From Eledone cirrhosa (Eukaryota), in the NCBI GenBank assembly GCA_964016885.1, contig OZ024746.1, positions 28,768,001 through 28,832,000 on the forward strand: a stretch of DNA of 64,000 nt, read 5' to 3'. A program made the position numbers and the translations under genes. Position 1 is the first letter of the stretch. Every line of letters begins with the position of its first letter. The notes beneath the pieces were generated by a model. The model made no database searches. It saw nothing but the letters and a program-made list of their open reading frames with translations, and was not told where the DNA came from. Positions 60,409 to 64,000 of the stretch are shown here, one piece after another.

Positions 60409-61619
60409 AGAGAGAGAGAAATTGATAAATATATATCGAATTTATAAATTATATAAATCCAGAAATAACTTTACTTTTATGGCAACACGTGGAGAAACTA
60501 TCACTCATGCTATCGAGGCTATTTTTACAAAAAATATATTTTCAAATAATCATTCGGAAGAAAACAGCTGCTAAGGTGATTTTTGTTTCTGTTTTTAGAA
60601 ATAAATTTCATTTCCATGAAAGTTTTAGTTATTCTCTACTTACCTCGAATATATTTTGTAGGAATGCAATGATATTTACTCTATTTTTTTCTTTTAAATC
60701 ATGGAAACAAGTTTCTTAGACTAAATTTAGCAGAAATAAAAATACGTTTGATATTTCCGAACGCAGTTTCTTATGGAAGAATTTGTTTGGTGTGCATAGG
60801 TTAATTTGTAAAGCTTCAATATTTAAGGAGTTTAACAACCGAAGAAATGAAGGCGAGTCTAAGTAGTTGATAGACTTGTTTGAACAAGCAACCGAATTCA
60901 CATCGAATATAACCTAAGCCTCTCTAGAAAAGAAAGGTACATACTGCATGATGTTGGATTAGGAGGATGTCAATGTCTCTAACGATACACGAACACTTGT
61001 TGCATTAAAGATCGAGTAACTGGTGCTGTGTGGCTGATGTTGATGTTGACATGATATGTATTAAACAAAGAATGACCACTTTTCTCTGCTAGCCGTCCCC
61101 ATTGAGAATTCTGGTATAACCAGCACCAGGACTGGCAGCGTTTTCCTCCACAAAATCAGAAGAAGGGCATTTCACCCGAAGAAAGGATCCCGTAAGGTGG
61201 AATAGTATGTTTGATGCAGGGAAAATGCTTTCACCATCTAGGGGCACTGCTGAAATGTACAGTCCTGGAAAATGGGATGTTTGAGGCGACGGAAATTACT
61301 GAGTGTTTTTGCGGCAACGGTTTCTCCATATTTTCCACTACTGAGAGTTAGCGTCTACGTCCACCAAATGGTATAGAAGTTGCTCTCTCACCATATCATC
61401 TGTATTGTTGTGGGGCGTTTGTTTGTGTGTTTTGCTCAATAAAGTAAGCATGGTTATATAGAAATACATATAAATCTATTTACTTCCTAATTATTTATTC
61501 CAAACAATTGATAGTAATTTAATAAGTTACGCTGACACCTACCGGCAACTACAGACACATATTTCTCACCACAATATGCCACCATGTTGTCCTGTGTATA
61601 TGTTATCATTTTTTAAGAT

Positions 61620-62105
61620 AGGTGAAGGCGGGTTGCTTATATCATAAGTGTTCTGCTCACGGTCGTAAAATCACGGTCGTAAAATCATATGTTCGATTGC
61701 CAATAACGCGTTGTATCCTTTATTGCAACTTGTTATAGTCCACTGAGCTAGCAAAAATGAGTTGTAGCTGAAATTCAAAATGTCAGTCACGCCACATATT
61801 ATTTCATGCTGAATGTTAAGCTTTTACCTTACTATGAATGCTCAGTAATTTGCATATTAATTTCATGTGGAGGCTTGATCGAATTAAATAGTACTCTCAT
61901 CGTTGGAGCCGATGGAAGTTGAACACGTGTAATTCAAAGAAGTCCTCCCTATCACACATTGTGTAACGGTGAATGTCCCTGAGGATTCTGTTATAGGTGC
62001 TCACGTATGTGGAAAGCTCAGCCACCATTTTCATGATTATAGGAACAAATTAATTCGTTGATCAAATAATTGGAACACTATCGTTGATACAAACGAAGGT
62101 CCAAT
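61620..62105 (+). mobile_element. SINE family A plus second body fragment
   Basis: ggtgaaggcg head, gtccactgagctagcaaaaatgagttgta box, body repeated. Confidence 0.7.
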
Positions 62106-62791
62106 AATAAGATTAACTGAATATAGAAAATATAAAAACATCTCAAATTCACTCTGCTTCTCGTCTTGTAATTAAATTCATTGTTGGATTCTTGGGATTG
62201 AAAGTGACGTTATATTTGATGAATGCTTCTCAATGACATGTTTTAGGAATAATAACATATTTCATATGGAAATCTCTAAGTGCAGGAATGACAAAGCAAA
62301 AATACAATTCAGATGTCAATTTTATATTATTTTATGCTTTTTTCATCTTTTACTGCTTTTAGTTATTGGACAACAGTCACGGTGTGACACGACATTTAAT
62401 TGTTTTAGTCAGTTGTATCGTCCACGCACTTGTTTTTATCGGTTACTGTTTGTCAAACCCCTAATTTCCGAGACGTATAAGGGCCTCCCATAAAAGTAAG
62501 CACATATATGCATGTCGTTGCTGTAATGTATTCCGTTTATTTTCATTCACACACAGACGCACGCCCGCCCGCGCGCGCACGCATGTATATATATATATAT
62601 ATATATATAGATATAGATAGGTAAATATACACGGGTGTGTATGATTGTGTATAGAAGATTATATTAATAAGAGGAATTCCAACTTTGTCTGATTTACTCG
62701 TTTTATTTACAATCCTTTAAAATATATATAATATATTTAAAATATATTATAATGAAATAGTATGATAGAATATTAAATTCTAAGTGTTAAT

Positions 62792-62830
62792 TGAACAAGT
62801 ACTTTCATGCTTTCGCAATCTTCAGGTTCA
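62792..62830 (-). ncRNA. Minimal type I hammerhead in the presumed 3' pseudo-LTR of the Penelope-like element
   Basis: Minus strand: tgaac-CTGAAGA-tTGCgaaaGCAt-GAAA-gta-CTT-gttca; palindromic stem III AGTACT; same strand as and ~375 bp downstream of the ORF stop. Confidence 0.85.
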
Positions 62831-63205
62831 TGATATGTGGTGACAGTCGAGTTTGCAATTTTCAACTGTAATGAGATGGGTAAATTTCCTACCTTTTATA
62901 CATTTTATACAGAGAAAAGTGGCTCCAGAATGCAAAGCCCTGTAAACTGTATTTCGACCAATCAGTGTGTAGTTTCACTGAATTACTACAGCTGATTGGT
63001 TTAAGCGTCACGGCTGGTTGAGCATGCTAACGGCCAATAGTCATATCCAACGTATCAATTGTTTTGCTTTTTTGAAATGATGAAAATAGCATTTTCTATT
63101 AATCATCACCATCAACATCACTTTTATTATTATTATTATTGTTGTTGTTGTTGTTGTTAGTGGTCGTGGTCATAGTGGTAGTAGAAGTAATACCCCTAGG
63201 CGTTA

Positions 63206-64000
63206 TTATTGTTCATTTAGCTTGGGTTTGAATTTATCAATAAAATTCTTTTCTTTGATTTTTCTCTTGATTTCATTTGGGCTGTGTAATTTGTAGAATG
63301 GGAATATTATAAATATTCCCTGACCACATGTTGCCAGGTGGCCGCTTAGGGGTATCTGACGGACATTTGGGTCTCTGATTTGTTGACGGTGTACCCGTGC
63401 ACGTTCCGATAGTGCATTTCCAGTTTGACCGACATATAGTTCTTCACAATTCGGGCATTTAATGCAGTAAATTAGATTTCTGCTTTAGCAGTTCATATTT
63501 GCATTTGTGAATATTTTTCCAGTTTTTGTTTTCATATATTGACCGGCGTGTATGGATTGACATGTGCCGCATCGATTATCATTGCATTTAGATACAGTGA
63601 ATGATTGGTCTTTGTTGTTAAGGTCAAACTTTGCTTTTGTTAGCAATTGCTTCAAATTTTTTGGCTGTCTTTTACTAAGAGTCAAAGATCGATCTGTGAT
63701 TAAGCCTTTTAATTCATTACTTTGAGCAATGATCGGTAGGTTTGCTTTGGCAGTGTTGAAGATATTCTGGTGACATGGGTTGTGTGTCATTATAAATGGT
63801 ATGACCAGTTCTTGATTTCTTCTTCTTTGGGTTGTTCTAAGTTGTTGTATAGGTATTTTTATAGCCCGCTGTATGCCATTTTCTATAAGTAGAGATGGGT
63901 ATTTTTGTTTGAGCAAAAATTCTCTTAGTTCTGTTAGGCGTTTGTACCTGGTATTCGTATCTTCTACAATGGTACAAATTCTTCTGGCTAGGCAGTATGG
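63206..64000 (-). pseudogene. Penelope-like (Neptune-type) retroelement ORF, C-terminal part; truncated by window edge, one in-frame stop
   Basis: Single frame from 64000: PYCLARRICTIVED...KQKYP (RT thumb), KCNDNRCGTC (Cys linker), TAA at 63485-63487, then SRNLIYCIKCPNCEELYVGQTGNALSERARVH...SGHL...KEKNFIDKFKPKLNEQ* (GIY-YIG with CCHH). Confidence 0.9.

Overview
AT-rich, microsatellite-saturated eukaryotic non-coding DNA. The SINE families resemble those I recognise from octopus/cephalopod genomes (inference). I found no credible host protein-coding exon, and almost all listed ORFs are microsatellite artefacts. Recognisable coding remnants are retroelement pseudogenes: a Penelope-like element (RT thumb, Cys linker, GIY-YIG) running off the right edge, a CRE-like restriction-like endonuclease fragment, and an Ingi/Vingi-like 3' end. 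There are also many tRNA-derived SINEs, two MITEs and several minisatellites. The main hidden signal is a set of type I hammerhead ribozymes (HHRs) read by eye: about 13 complete or near-complete motifs from at least 5 sequence families, plus several decayed ones. Most sit in short non-coding elements inserted in (TA)n tracts, often as divergent inverted or fold-back pairs. The best case is a ~420-nt tandem-monomer family with one HHR per monomer (7 HHRs at 4 loci), covarying stem I, recurrent 3' end points at internal TTAT motifs, and one fold-back centred on a natural hairpin of the element. This resembles a retrozyme-like system targeting (TA)n, possibly mobilised by Penelope-like elements. 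All folds were derived manually; none was computed or tested.
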